Assembly: GCA_039621445.1 (NCBI GenBank) | Contig: CP154954.1 | Coordinates: forward strand, 34,891,703 to 34,955,702 | Source: Euglena gracilis | Taxonomy: Eukaryota | Direction of reading: 5' to 3' | DNA: 64,000 bases | Shown: positions 22,858 through 36,833 of the stretch, piece by piece | Layout: each line of letters begins with the position of its first letter | How positions within the stretch are numbered: position 1 is the stretch's first letter | Position numbers and translations under genes: made by a program | The notes under the pieces: generated by a model | The model's database searches: none | What the model was told of the DNA's origin: nothing | Seen by the model: the letters and a program-made list of their open reading frames with translations, nothing else

Positions 22858-25800
22858 AACCGAATGGGTGTTCCAGGACGCCTCCAAAGTCAGGACACCC
22901 GTTGGTTTCATGACTGTCGTGGTTTAATGGTAAGAAAAACATGCAGCGTGAATGTTGTTGCCAGAAATTAGCACACTTAGATGGGTGCATTCGACCATTC
23001 TGGGGGACATTTACCAGTTCAGCCCAGGTTACCATGTAAAAATGGACCAAATTGGGCCTTACTCCGAGTAACCGAATGGGTGTTCCAGGAGGCCTGCAAA
23101 GTCAGGGGACCCGTTGTTTTCATGATTGTCGTGTTTTAATGGTAAAGAAAACATGCAGCGGGAATGTTGGTTGCAAGAAATGAGCACATTTAGATGGGTG
23201 CCTTCGACCATTCCGGGGGACATTTACCAGGTCAGCCCAGGTTACCATGTAAAAATGGACCAAATTGGGCCTTACTCCGAGTAACCGAATGGGTGTTCCA
23301 GGAGGACTCCAAAGTCAGGGGACCCGTTGGTTTCCTGATTGTAGTGGTTTAATGGTAAGAAAAACATGCAGCGGGAATGTTCGTTGCAAGAAATGAGCAC
23401 ATTTAGATGGGTGCATTCGACCATTGCGGGGGACATTTACCAGGTCAGCCCAGGTTACCATGTAAAAATGGACCAAATTGGGCCATACTCCAAGTAACTG
23501 AATGGGTGTTCCAGGAGGCTTCCAAAGTCTGGGGACCCGTTGGTTTCATGCTTGTCGTGGTTTAATGGTAAGAAAAACATGCAGCGGGAATGTTGGTTGC
23601 AAGAAATGAGCACATTTAGATGGTTGCATTCGACCATTCCGGGGGACATTTACCAGGTCAGCCCAGGTTACCATGTAAAAATGGACCAAATCGGCCCTTA
23701 CTCCAAGTAACCGAATGGGCGTTCCAGGAGGCTTCCAAAGTCTGGGGACCCGTTGGTTTCATGATTGTCGTGGTTTAATGGTAAGAAAAACATGCAGCGG
23801 GAATGTTGGTTGCAAGAAATGAGCACATTTAGATGGGTGCATTCGACCATTCCGGGAGACATTTACCAGGTCAGCCCAGGTTACCACGTAAAAATGGACC
23901 AAATCGGGCCTTACTCCGAGTAACCGAATGGGTGTTCCAGGAGGCCTCCAAAGTCAGGGGACTCGTTGGTTTCATGATTGTCGTGGTTTAATGGTAAGAA
24001 AAACATGCAGCGGGAATGTTGGTTGCAAGGCACGAGCACATTTAGATGGGTGCATTCGAGCATTCCGCGGGACATTTACCAGGTCAGCCCAGGTTACCAT
24101 GTAAAAATGGACCAAATTGGGCCTTACTCCGAGTAACCGAATGGGTGTTCCAGGAGGCCTCCAAAGGCAGGGGACCCGTTGGTTTCATGATTGTCGTGGT
24201 TTAATGGTAAGAAAAACATGCAGCGGGAATGTTGGTTGCAAGACACGAACACATTTAGATGGGTGCATTCGACCATTCCGGGGGACATTTACCAGGTCAG
24301 CCCAGGTTACCATGTAAAAAGGCACCAAATTGGGCCTTACTCCGAGTAACCGAATGGGTGTTCCAGGAGGCCTCCACAGTCAGGGGACGCGTTGGTTTCA
24401 TGATTGTCGTGGTTTAATGGTAAGAAAAATATGCAGCGTGAATGTTGGTTGCAAGAAATGAGCACATTTAGATGGGTGCATTCGAGCATTCCGGGGAACA
24501 TTTACCAGGTCAGCCCAGGTTACCATGTAAAAATGGACCAAATTGGGCCTTACTCCGAGTAACCGACTGGGTGTTCCAGGAGGCCTCCAAAGTCAGGGGA
24601 CCCGTTGGTTTCATGATTGTCGTGGTTTAATGGTAAGAAAAATATGCAGCGTGAATGTTGGTTGCAAGAAATGAGCACATTTAGATGGGTGCATTCGAGC
24701 ATTCCGGGGGACATTGACCAGGTCAGCCCAGGTTACCATGTAAAAATGGACCAAATTGGGCCTTACTCCGAGTAACCGACTGGGTGTTCCAGGAGGCCTC
24801 CAAAGTCAGGGGACCCGTTGGTTTCATGATTGTCGTGGTTTAATGGTAAGAAAAATATGCAGCGGGAATGTTGGTTGCAAGAAATGAGCACATTTAGATG
24901 GGTGCATTCGAGCATTCCGGGGGACATTGACCAGGTCAGCCCAGGTTACCATGTAAAAATGGACCAAATTGGGCCTTACTCCGAGTAACCGAGTGGGTGT
25001 TCCAGGAGGCCTCCAAAGTCAGGGGACCCGTTGGTTTCATGATTGTCGTGGTTTAATGGTAAGAAAAACATGCAGCGGGAATGTTGGTTGCAGGAACTGA
25101 GCACATTTAGATGGGTGCATTCGACCATTCCGGGGGACATTTACCAGGTCAGCCCAGGTTACCATGTAAAAATGGACCAAAATGGGCCTTACTCCGAGTA
25201 ACCGAATGGGTGTTCCACGAGGCCTCCAAAGTCTGGGGACCCGTTGGCTTCATGATTGTCGTGGTTTAATGGCAAGAAAAACATGCAGCGGGAATGTTGG
25301 TTGCAAGAAATGAGCACATTTAGATGGGTGCATTCGACCATTCCGGGGGACATTTACCAGGTCAGCCCAGGTTACCATGTAAAAATGGACCAAAATGGGC
25401 CTTACTCCGAGTAACCAAATGGGTGTTCCAGGAGGCCTCCTAAGTCAGGGGACCCGTTGGTTTCAGGATTGTCGTGGTTTAATGGTAGGAAAAACATGCA
25501 GCGGGAATGTTGGTTGCAAGAAACGGGCACATTTAAATGGGTGCATTCGACCATTCCGGGGGACATTTACCAGGTCAGCCCAGGTTACCATGTTAAAATG
25601 GACCAAAATGGGCCTTACTCCGAGTAACCAAATGTGTGTTCCAGGAGGCCTCCAAAGTCAGGGGACCCGTTGGTTTCATGATTGTCGTGGTTTAATGGTA
25701 AGAAAACCATGCAGCGGGAATGTAGGTTGCAAGACACGAGCACACTTAGATGGGTGCATTCGACCATTCCGGGGGACATTTACCAGGTCAGCCCAGGTTA

Positions 25801-28800
25801 CCATGTAAAAATGACCAAAATGTGCCTTACTCCGAGTAACCGAATGGGTGTTCCAGGACGCCTCCAAAGTCAGGGGACCCGTTGGTTTCATGATTGTCGT
25901 GGTTTAATGGTAAGAAAAACATGCAGCGGGAACGTTGGTTGCAAGAAATGAGCACATTCAGATGGGTGCATTCGACCATTCCGGTGGACATTTACCCGGT
26001 CAGCCCAGGTTACCATGTTAAAATGGACCAATATGGGCCTTACTCCGACTAACCGAATGGGTGTTCCAGGAGGCCTCCAAAGTCAGGGGACCCGTTGGTT
26101 TCATGATTGTCGTGGTTTAATGGTAAGAAAAACATGCAGCGGGAACGTTGGTTGCAAGTAATGAGCACATTTAGATGGGTGTGTTCGACCATTCCGGGGG
26201 ACATTTACCAGGTCAGCCCAGGTTACCATGTAAAAATGGACCAAATTGGGCCTTACTCCGAGTAACCGGATGGGTGTTCCAGGAGGCCTCCAAAGTCAGG
26301 GGACCCGTTGGTTTCATGATTGTCGTGGTCTAATGGTAAGAGAAACATGCAGCGGGAACGTTGGTTGCAAGTAATGAGCACATTTAGATGGGTGCGTTCG
26401 ACCATTCCGGGGGACATTTACCAGGTCAGCCCAGGTTACCATGTTAAAATGGACCAAAATGGGCCTTACTCCGACTAAACGAATGGGTGTTCCAGGAGGC
26501 CTCCAAAGTCAGGGGACCCGTTGGTTTCATGATTGTCGTGGTTTAATGGTAAGACAAGCATGCAGCGGGAATGTTGGTTGCAAGAAATGAGCACATTTAG
26601 ATGGGTGCATTCGACCAATCTGGGGGACATTTACCTGATCAGCCCAGGTCACCATGTAAAAATGGACCAAAATGGGCCTTACTCCGACTAACCGAATGGG
26701 TGTTCCAGGAGGCCTCCAAAGTCAGGGGACCCGTTGGTTTCATGATTGTCGTGGTATAATGGTAAGAGAAACATGCAGCGGGAATGTTGTTTGAAAGAAA
26801 TGAGCACATTTAGATGGGTGCATTCGACCATTCCGGGGACATTTACCAGGTCAGCCCGGGTTACTATGTAAAAATGGACCAAAATGGGCCTTACTCTGAG
26901 TAACCGAATGGGTGTTCCACGAGGCCTCCAAAGTCAGGGGACCCGTTGGTTTCCTGATTGTCGTGGTTTAGTGGTAAGAAAAACATGCAGCGGGAATGTT
27001 GGTTGCAAGGAATGAGCACATTTAGATGGGTGCATTCGACCATTCCGGGGGACATTTACCAGGTCAGCCCAGGTTACCATGTAAAAATGGACCAAAATGG
27101 GCCTTGCTCCGACTAACCGAATGGGTGTTCCAGGAGGCCTCCAAAGTCAGGGGACCCGTTGGTTTCATGATTGTCGTGGTCTAATGGTAAGAAAAACATG
27201 CAGCGGGAATGTTGTTTGAAAGAAATGAGCACATTTAGATGGGTGCATTCGACCATTCCGGGGGACATTTACCAGGTCAGCCCAGGTTACAATGTAAAAA
27301 TGGACCAAATTGGGCCTTACTCCGAGTTACCGAATGGGTGTTCCAGGAGGCCTCCAAAGTCAGGGGACGCGTTGGTTTCATGATTGTCGTGGTTGAATGG
27401 TAAGAAAAACATGCAGCGGGAACGTTGGTTGCAAGAAAGGAGCACATTTAGATGGGTGCATTCGACCATTCCGGGGGACATTTACCAGGTCAGCCCAGGT
27501 TACCATGTAAAAATGGACCAAATTGGGCCTTACTCCGAGTAACCGAATGGGTGTTCCAGGAGGCCTCCAAAGTCAGGGGACCCGTTGGTTTCATGATTGT
27601 CGTGGTCTAATGGTAAGAAAAACATGCAGCGGGAATGTTGGTTGCAAGAAATGAGCACATTTAGATGGGTGCATTCGACCATTCCGGGGGACATTTACCA
27701 GGTCAGCCCAGGTTACAATGTAAAAATGGACCAAATTGGGCCTTACTCCGAGTAACCGAATGGTGTGTTCTAGGAGGCCTCCAAAGTCAGGGGACCCGTT
27801 GGTTTCATGATTGTCGTGGTCTAATGGTAAGAAAAACATGCAGCGGGAATGTTGGTTGCAAGAAATGAGCACATTTAGATGGGTGCATTCGACCATTCCG
27901 GGGGACATTTACCAGGTCAGCCCAGGTTACAATGTAAAAATGGACCAAATTGGGCCTTACTCCGAGTAACCGAATGGGTGTTCCAGGAGGCGTCCAAAGT
28001 CAGGGGACACGTTATTTTCATGATTGTCGTGGTTGAATGGTAAGAAAAACATGCAGCGGGAACGTTGGTTGCAAGAAATGAGCACATTTAGATGGGTGCA
28101 TTCGACCATTCCGGGGGACATTTACCAGGTCAGCCCAGGTTACCATGTAAAAATGGACCAAATTGGGCCTTACACCGAGTAACCGAATGGGTGTTCCAGG
28201 AGGCCTCCAAAGTCAGGGGACCCGTTGGTTTCATGATTGTCGTGGTCTAATGGTAAGAAAAACATGCAGCGGGAATGTTGGTTGCAAGAAATGAGCACAT
28301 TTAGATGGGTGCATTCGACCATTCCGGGGGACATTTACCAGGTCAGCCCAGGTTACAATGTAAAAATGGACCAAAATGGGCCTTACACCGAGTAACCGAA
28401 TGGGTGTTCCAGGAGGCCTCCAAAGTCAGGGGACGCGATGGTTTCCTGATTGTCGTGGTTTAATGGTAAGAAAAACATGCAGCGGGAATGTTGGTTGCAA
28501 GACACGAGCACATTTAGAGGGGTGCATTCGACCATTCCGGGGGACATTTACCAGGTCAGCCCAGGTTTCCATGTAAAAATGGACCAATTTGGGCCTTACT
28601 CCGAGTAACCGAATGGGTGTTCCAGGAGGCCTCCAAAGTCAGGGGACCCGTTTTTTTCACGATTGTCGTGGATTAATGGTAATGAAAACATGCAGCGGGA
28701 ATGTTGGTTGCAAGACACGAGCACATTTAGATGGGTGCATTCGACCATTCCGGGGGACATTTACCAGGTCTGCCCAAGTTACAATGTAAAAATGGACCAA

Positions 28801-29813
28801 ATCGGGCCTTACTCCCAGTAACCGAATGGGTGTTCCAGGAGGCCTCCAAAGTCAGGGGACCCGTTGGTTTCATGATTGTAGTGGTTGAATGGTAAGAAAA
28901 ACGTGCAGCGGGAATGTTGGTTGCAAGTAATGAGCACATTTAGATGGGTGCATTCGACCATTCCGGGGGACATTTACCAGGTCAGCCCAGGTTACCATGT
29001 AAAAATGGACCAAATTGGGCCTTACTCCGAGTAACCGAATGGGTGTTCCAGGAGGCCTCCAAAGTCAGGGGACCCGTTGGTTTCATGATTGTCGTGGTTT
29101 AATGGTAAGAAAAACGTGCAGCGGGAATGTTGGTTGCAAGAAATGAGCACATTTAGATGGTTGCATTCGACCATTCCGGGGGACATTTACCAGGTCAGCC
29201 CAGGTTACCATGTAAAAATGGACCAAATTGGGCCTTACTCCGAGTAACCGAATGGGTGTTCCAGGAGGCCTCCAAAGTCAGGGGACCCGTTGGTTTCATG
29301 ATTGTCGTGGTTTAATGGTAAGAAAAACGTGCAGCGGGAATGTTGGTTGCAAGAAATGAGCACATTTAGATGGGTGCATTCGACCATTCCGGGGGACATT
29401 TACCAGGTCAGCCCAGGTTTCCATGTAAAAATGGACCAATTTGGGCCTTACTCCGAGTAACCGAATGGGTGTTCCAGGAGGCCTCCAAAGTCTGGGGACC
29501 CGTTTTTTTCACGATTGTCGTGGATTAATGGTAATGAAAACATGCAGCGGGAATGTTGGTTGCAAGACACGAGCACATTTAGATGGGTGCGTTCGACCAA
29601 TCTGGGGGACATTTACCAGGTCAGCCCAAGTTACAATGGGCCTTACTCCGACTAACCGAATGGGTGTTCCAGGAGGCCTCCAAAGTCAGGGGACCCGTTT
29701 GTTTCATGATTGTCGTGGTTTAATGGTAAGAAAAACATGCAGCGGGAATGTTGGTTGCAAGACACGAGCACATTTAGATGGGTGCATTCGACCATTCCGG
29801 GGGACATTTACCA
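22858..29813 (+). repeat. ~213-bp satellite, array 2 (~32-33 monomers)
   Basis: Uninterrupted tandem monomers with scattered substitutions. Confidence 0.97.
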
Positions 29814-31504
29814 GTGCCACGCACTGAATGATTGCCCCCTCACGAGGAAAAACCTTTTCTCATCCACTGCCTCACAGGCTGAATTGGCTGTGCCGACCCT
29901 ACCCCAGAGGGGGGGGTCGCCTGCCTGGGCAGGCGCTCCAGGCACCCAGATCCAACCCCCCCCCGGGGGGAGGGGAGTATGGCACATGGCCAAAAGTGCC
30001 TGGGCACTGAGCCAAGGCACCGAGAAAACACCATGTTTGGGCACTTATTGGTGAAGGCATGACCCCCCCCCCCCGGAGAGGGATCCAACCCGCCCCCAGA
30101 TTCCCCTGTACAGCCATTATTTGAACAACCTCAAATATTCCTTTCTCCCAAGTTTTTTGCATTGCAAATGAGAAAAATTACCGTCCATTTCCCCTGAAAT
30201 ATTGCATTATCCCAACTCAAAAAAATGGGTAACAATTTAGGCACAAACAGCCCGAAGGTTTGGAGACTTTGGTAATAAACACCCAGGAAACGCCTCTTTC
30301 TGCTCCGCCCGGCCATCTCGGTCCTCAAAGACGACCAGCCTGGGTCACCGTTTATGGGGCTCCAACCCACCAGCCCACTTGTCCTAATTGTTATGAAGGG
30401 CGGCGGGGTGACAGGCACAATTCTACCTGCGGCAGGCGCCGGCGGAAAGCAGCAATTACCGCTCGAGATGCAAAAAACCACTTTGGCGATGGACACCCCA
30501 CTCCTATTTTCGGGGGGGGGGGGTTCAAATGTTCTGCAAGCCTCTTAAAAAACACTGAAACGGGCTGTTTTCAACGGTGGGCAGGGTTGTGCCAATCAAT
30601 CGTTACAGGTGGCCGAGCGATTCATAACAGGTCTCAGATGATTAACCATTGACTGGCCTTTGAAGGATTGTTTGGAGAAACCAAACAAAACAATTCAAGC
30701 GTCTCCCTCTCTGTGGAGGCTCCATGGAGGCTCCGCGGAGCCTCCCGGCAACCAGCCTCTGTGGAGGCTCTGCAGAGGATCTGAGCAACTAGCGTTCGCG
30801 AAAGCTCTGGGTAACCAGCCTCGGCGCAGTTTTCATTTGAGGGGGGTGCGGAGAAAAAAAATATTATTAAAAAATATTATTCTTTTGAGGGGTGGTGTGG
30901 GCATTTATTGTCAGTTCTCCCCCGGCACCCTCCCTGTCTGGGGCCCTGGGGGGTCCTGGGGGGTCCAATCGGGGGGGGCATTACTCAACATGAAACCCAA
31001 GAAGGAGTCTTAAAAGTAAAAACTCCCACAAGGGGTCCTGGGGGGATAAAAAGGAATTTATATTTTTTGACATTTTATTTTGACATTGACAAAAAAGGGG
31101 CAATTTGCCTGTAAAGGCCAATTCTTTGAAATGGCTTCCCACAGGCCACACCTTTTCTTAGCGTGCTCAGTGAAAAAAAATTGTGTATTGTGTGCATCGG
31201 CAAAAAAAAATGTGTACCGGTGTGTATCAGCAAAAAAAATTCTGTGTCAGTGTGCAGCAGCGAATTTTTTTTCGATCAAATTTATTAGAAATTTTTCTGA
31301 ATCCAAAAAAATTGACTGTTGTGCTTCGACACCAAGCAGATTTTCACATTCCTCACGGTTGATAACATCCAGGGGGAAATGTGTTTCGCATTTTTTCGCA
31401 TTTTTCCAAAAAAATGCACATCTTTGCACATTCTTTCGCATTTTTTTTGAAAAATCACGAAAATGCAAAGATTGTCCAAAAACATGCAAAAATGGCACCA
31501 AATT

Positions 31505-31685
31505 TACCTCCCCCTCCCCAAGCCCAATGAACACTAAAGTGACAATCTAGACGGTCCGAACGGGGGGCGTTCATTGGGCTTGAAATGTGCTTTCTGTGTA
31601 GATAAGGTATATGGTGACAATCTAGACGGTCCGAACACCCCCTGTTCATTGGGCAAGGGTGTTCATTAGGCATGGGGGGAGGTAC
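31505..31685. mobile_element. Small foldback MITE
   Basis: Ends TACCTCCCCC..GCCCAATGAACAC / GTGTTCATTAGGCATGGGGGGAGGTA. Internal direct repeat GTGACAATCTAGACGGTCCGAAC. Confidence 0.55.
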
Positions 31686-32037
31686 AACAATTATAGGGAA
31701 TTCGTGAAGATAATGTTAGTTTCAAAAAAATCAAAAAATTAAAGCATTGCAAAATTTGCAATTTCGGTCAAAAAAACGCGGGAATTTCGAGCATTTTTGC
31801 GCAATTTTTGCGCATTTTTTTTTCGAGGGGTCTGGCACATTTCCTTTAAAAAAACAACCAAAGCCAAAAAAAATGTATGGACGCATGTATGGGCAAATGC
31901 AACCAGGGATCTGAATTTGCCATGTGGGGAGCAGAGAGAGATTCTTTTTAATTTCGTTTTTTGGTGGCACTTCTTTGCAAATTTCTCCCCGGTGTGGATT
32001 TGTAATGGGTGTAGGCAGTGCAATGTGACAAGCACAC

Positions 32038-32198
32038 CAGGAGGCATCCCACGCGGAAACATTGGGGGCATCGGCATCGGGGTCATTGCAGCCATTGCGG
32101 GGCCTCCCACACCCTTTGTGGGGCCAGTCAGACCTCTTGCAGCGCCAGTTGCCTGCCCCGGGCCTGGCAAGCCTTGGCCTTTTTCTTGCTGCTTGAAT
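32038..32198 (-). CDS. SmB: Exon of host snRNP protein SmB (Gly/Pro-rich C-terminal region)
   Basis: Bounded by a TCATCAG acceptor and a GTGTGC donor. Encodes (R)FKQQEKGQGLPGPGQATGAARGLTGPTKGVGGPAMAAMTPMPMPPMFPRGMPP, which resembles the SmB GLAGPVRGVGGP motif. Its phase matches the exon at 43599-43772. Confidence 0.75.
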
Positions 32199-32325
32199 CT
32201 GATGAGAATTCCAGGCATTGAAAACACTTTGATATATGTGTGCTCCTGGAACATTTGTCTCCATTTTTTTTGCTTATTACTTTAGGGTGTCAGCACATTC
32301 CACCCCCCCCCTGTCCTTGAAACAG

Positions 32326-32820
32326 CAACAGCTGCAGGGGGGGGGGGATGCGCTTGCCCGGCCTCGGAAAAAAATGCGCAAAAATGCGCAAAAATGCGCA
32401 AAAAAATGCGCAAAAAATGCGCATTTTTGGAAAAAATGCGCAAAAATGTGCAAAATCCAAGAAAAAAAATGCGCAAAATCACGAAAATGCAAAAATTACC
32501 CAAAAACATGCAAAAATGGCACCAAATTTGAAGAAATTATGTAGAATAATGAGGAAAATGTAAGTTTCAAAAAAAGTCGAAAATTTCAAATTTTTGCAAA
32601 AAAAATTGCAAAAATGGTCAAAAAATGCGAAAATTTTGGAAAATGACGAAAAAATGTGCCAAAAAGTAAAAAAATGCGCTGAAAAAAACAAAAAATGCGC
32701 AAAAAAAATGCGATAAAATGCGCAAAAATGCGCATTTTGGAAAATTTGAAAAAATGCGCAAAAAAATGAGCAAAAATGCGAAAAAATGCGAAACGCATTT
32801 CCCCCCCCCTGCAGCTGTTG
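32326..32820. mobile_element. MITE with CAACAGCTGCAG(G)n TIRs and internal AAAATGCGC repeats
   Basis: ~20-bp TIRs. Related sequence occurs at ~31365-31810 and ~48820-49080. Confidence 0.7.
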
Positions 32821-33451
32821 ACACATGTGTCATGGACGGTGCATGCCACACCCCCTGTGTCAACCGCAATTCTCCTGTCCCAAAATGCCATTTTCTTTAT
32901 GCTGCAATGCATGTCACACGGTGTGTCCATGACACCCCGATGGAAGAGCTGGGGATTGCTTAGAGAAGTGGGCAGGATGGGAGGCGGGTGCAGTGGGGGG
33001 AGGGGGCAGCCGGCTGACAACCTGTTAAGCGGCCAACCATGCACTTAACCACTGAGGTAGATTGGGCCATTTGTGCAATTGCGTAAATGGTGCTTTTTTG
33101 AAAATCGATGTTTCAGTCCCAACCCCTGTCCTTGAGATGTCAAAATATGGGGAAAATGCGGCTGACATGGGGGGCCACTGTTTACCGACCCCCCCCCCGG
33201 GTCACTTTCCTCTTTCAAAGACTTTTGGAAACCAATCACCCACTTCCAACCCCCTGACCCCACCCCGGCGTTCACTCTCGCCACTCGGTCAAAAATGGCC
33301 TACAATCAAATTCCATACCAAAATACCCAAAACATTTCTGGAGCCTCCGGCAACAGGTGGCCACTCTCGGCTGTTAGTTGGCTGGACCTTTGGGGGGGTC
33401 CCAAAGCCTGGCGGAATAGGTCAAATGCAGCTGAGTTGGAGTGTTTTAGGC

Positions 33452-33751
33452 GGCAGCCACACTCTAAATGGATCCCCCCCCCGAGGGGGGTCCATTAAGA
33501 GTGTCCAGGGGGGGGGTCCACAAAGAGTGGCGCGCGTCCGACTTTTGGACTGTTTTGGTCCCGCGGCGCCGGGAAAACGCGCGGACTCCAGGTGACCATC
33601 GGCGGATTCGGGGAGGATTCCCACTTAATTTTCGGGATAGGGTTAGGGTGAGGATGGGTCGGACGCGGGCCACTCTTAATGGACCCCCCCCCCTGGACAC
33701 TCTAAATGGACCCCCTCGGGGGGGGGGGGGTCCATTTAGAGTAAAGCTGCC
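33452..33751. mobile_element. 300-bp MITE with GGCAGC TIRs and an 8-bp TSD (Merlin-like by termini)
   Basis: TIR GGCAGC..ACTCTAAATGGA. TTTTAGGC flanks both sides (33444-33451 and 33752-33759). Confidence 0.8.
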
Positions 33752-36627
33752 TTTTAGGCATAAATATGTACCCCTTTTAAAGGGGGGGAGGTCCAGCCAG
33801 CCAGCACCTATTCTTCAGGGCCGACTTCGGGGAAAGAAATGTTTTCTGGCATTGGTGGACCATGATCCATCCACCCAAAATGCTGAAAAATGGGTTTTCC
33901 GACTTCTTGATTTTTGATCCCGTGGGTGTTGAACCGGTTCGGCCCTTGGCCGTCCCTTGGGACCAAGGGGCGTTCTGTAAGGGGAAAAAAAACTGCCCGC
34001 CCTGGAAAGAACACCCTGAACGCCCATTCTACAATCCGGGGAAATTTGACACAAAAATGAAGCAATTAAAATTGAAAAAAATTCGGTGCCTTTGGCGCGC
34101 GCCGCGTCACTTTGGATAGGGAGGAGGAAAACATGCAACAAGGCTCCTCAAAATATGCCATGCAAAAAAATGCCATGCAAAAAAATGTAAAAAATGCAAA
34201 AAAAATTGCAGCTTGCATGTAAATTCCTTCAGTAGCTCCCCGAGCAGGGTATTAAATGAGGGGGGGGGGGTAGGCGGGGGGACCCAGAAAATTTTCATTG
34301 AGAATGGCCTTTTCAATGAAAATTTTCTGGGTACCCCCCCCCGGCTCCTGGTGCCTTCGGCGACGGGGTCGGAGGGGGGGTGCCTGCTGTGGGCAGGCAC
34401 CCCCAAAAACCCTACCCCCCTCCCCCGGAGGGTCGGATGGAGGCTGTGGGGTGCCTGCCCCTGTATCCCCCCCGTGGGGTAGGCACCCGACCAAGCACAA
34501 GCCTGCCCCGGACCCTCCTCGGCCCTGAGGGGGGAGGTGCTCTGGACCAGAGGTTTTAGGACCTGGGGGGGGGGTCCGGATCCACCCACCCACCCACCCC
34601 CTGAGGGGAGGGGGGGGCAGGGGGACCAACCTCATCACTTTGCAAATTTGTACAACATGTTCCTTTGGTGTTGCATTTTGGCAGGCACCCCCCCCCGGGG
34701 TGGGGTCGGCATCACCTTAAAAAGAAACCTGCTCGAACCCCCGAGGGGGTCCTGGCCTGGATGGGACTGCTGGCTGGAAAGCAAAAGGTGCCGGCTGGCT
34801 GGACCCCCCCCCAGGGATAGAGGGAAGCTCTTCGGACATGAGGCAGGTGGTTGCAGGGGGGTCCGGACCCCCCCTGGGGGGAAGATGGTGGGGGGGTCGC
34901 TGAGCTCTTATCCGTTTGTGGGTAAGAGCGAAGCTTACCCCTGGGGAAAAGGGGAGGGGTCGAACCCCCCCCCCTGGGTCGGGGCCACCTCGGGAACCGG
35001 CGGATCATCACCATGATCCTGGCTCCATTCCCGGGTTTTTTTTTTCCCAGCCGCGAGCGACTGGATTTCTACTTTCCGAATCACCTGACCCCCAACTCCC
35101 TGCCAGGCCCGAGTTATCCAGCCGCAAAGGGGTCCAAACTGGGTGGGATTGCCCCTCCCCCTCTTCCGACTCTGCCATTTCGCCGGGGTCCAAAAATCAG
35201 TCAAAAAAATCGATTTTTCGAAAATATCTCGAGAAAATGTACATTATCTCCGGATTGGAATGCCCTATCCAACCATAGTTTTTCTATTCCCCCAACCCTT
35301 CGTGTAGCCCGTGTTGCGGCCATTTTTCGGCCAATTTTGGCCCAATTCTGGGGCCATTTTGGGCTGTTTTTTGGGGGGGCCGAGAATCGATCTTTCCAGA
35401 ATATCTCGGAAATGAAGCAAAATCAAAGGAATTGTCCGAAAGACCTCATTTGAAGCCCTTGTGATACCCAATTCAACGGTATTTTGATTTCCCCGCAACT
35501 CCCCGCCTAGCCCGAAATATGGCCGATTTACGGACCAAAACAGCGCGGCAGGCTTGCGACTTGGCCATTTTCGGCCGTTATTTGGCTCAAAAAATCTCTC
35601 GAAAAAATCTCGAAAATTTCTCAAAAATTGTGGGGAATCAAAGGAAATGTCCGGAGACCTAAATTGAAGCCCTATCTGACAGTATTTTGGTTTCCCCGCA
35701 ACTCCCCGCCTAGCCCGAGTTACGGCCATTTTTCGGCCGATTTTGGCCATTTTGTACAGTTTTGGCCTGTTTTGACTAAGCGGTTTCGGCCATTTTTGGG
35801 TCAAAAAAGTCGAATAAAATCGGGAAAAAAACTTTGCCCGAAACGATGCTTTTTGGCCTCCCGGGGCCCCGAGCGAGAAATTGGTAATGGACTTTTTGAT
35901 GGTCGCCAGCGACCATTGGTGATCTGGCGACTAGGTCAATTTGCAAAAAAAGAATTGGGTAATATCTTCTCTTTGCGCCTGTTCTGTGAAACCAAAGCCA
36001 AAGCAGCCCCCCCCCCCCCCCGGGAGTGGGAAGAGGCCGAAGGCCAACTGAGTTCATTAAGTTCCATCCTTGCCTTGCACACACAAGGGGATTTTGTTAT
36101 TGCAAATTAACCCCCAAATGGGGGTTTTGGAAGGCATTTGGGTGGGTTTTGAGTCATCTTCCTTCATATATGAATGAATTCTTTTGGAGGGGGGGGGCTT
36201 AAAAATTGTTTTAGGGGGGGGTGGACTTGTTATTGCTGGTCAGATTGGCCACCAATGGTCGAGCGACCTCCAAAAAAACCATCACCAATTTCCCGCAATG
36301 AGCTGCCTCCCGGACCTGGAAAAAAAATGTTTTTGAGCCCGAAATCAGCGTTTTTCGCCCCGCCAGCACCCCGTTTTTGGACCAAATCCCATGGAATTTG
36401 GGTCAAAATGGGTCAAAAACAGTCGAAAAAATCGAAAAGATTTTTTCTGTTTGAAACGATGCTTTTTGGCCTCCCAGACCAGGAAAACCTGTTTTTGAGC
36501 CCAAAATGAGCATTTTTCAACCCCCCCCCCCGGTGCCCCGTTTTTGGCCGAAACCCATGGATTTTGGATCATTTCCGGGTCAAAACAATCAAAGAAATGC
36601 AAGAAAACGGGGATGGGGGATATGGGG

Positions 36628-36788
36628 GGTCGCTGAGCTCTTATCTCTTTAGAGTAAGAGCGAAGCTTACCACCGGGGCCGGAGGGGGGTCGGATTCGAC
36701 CACCAGCAACCTCAACCCCCCCCACCACCCCATTGGGGTTCCCACCCCCCCCCCCCGCCCCCCCCCCCCCCTCCCCCCCCCCCCCCCG

Positions 36789-36833
<45 letters not shown>

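Noticed and set aside
22858-29813. CRISPR array, or tandem 5S/SL-RNA/tRNA genes
   Set aside because: Whole 213-bp units repeat with no unique spacers, there are no cas genes, and I recognised no 5S, spliced-leader or tRNA sequence.
34895-34940. Hammerhead ribozyme in the CTGA-stem-GAAG motif
   Set aside because: It lacks the CUGANGA and GAAA core and a stem III/UH cleavage site.
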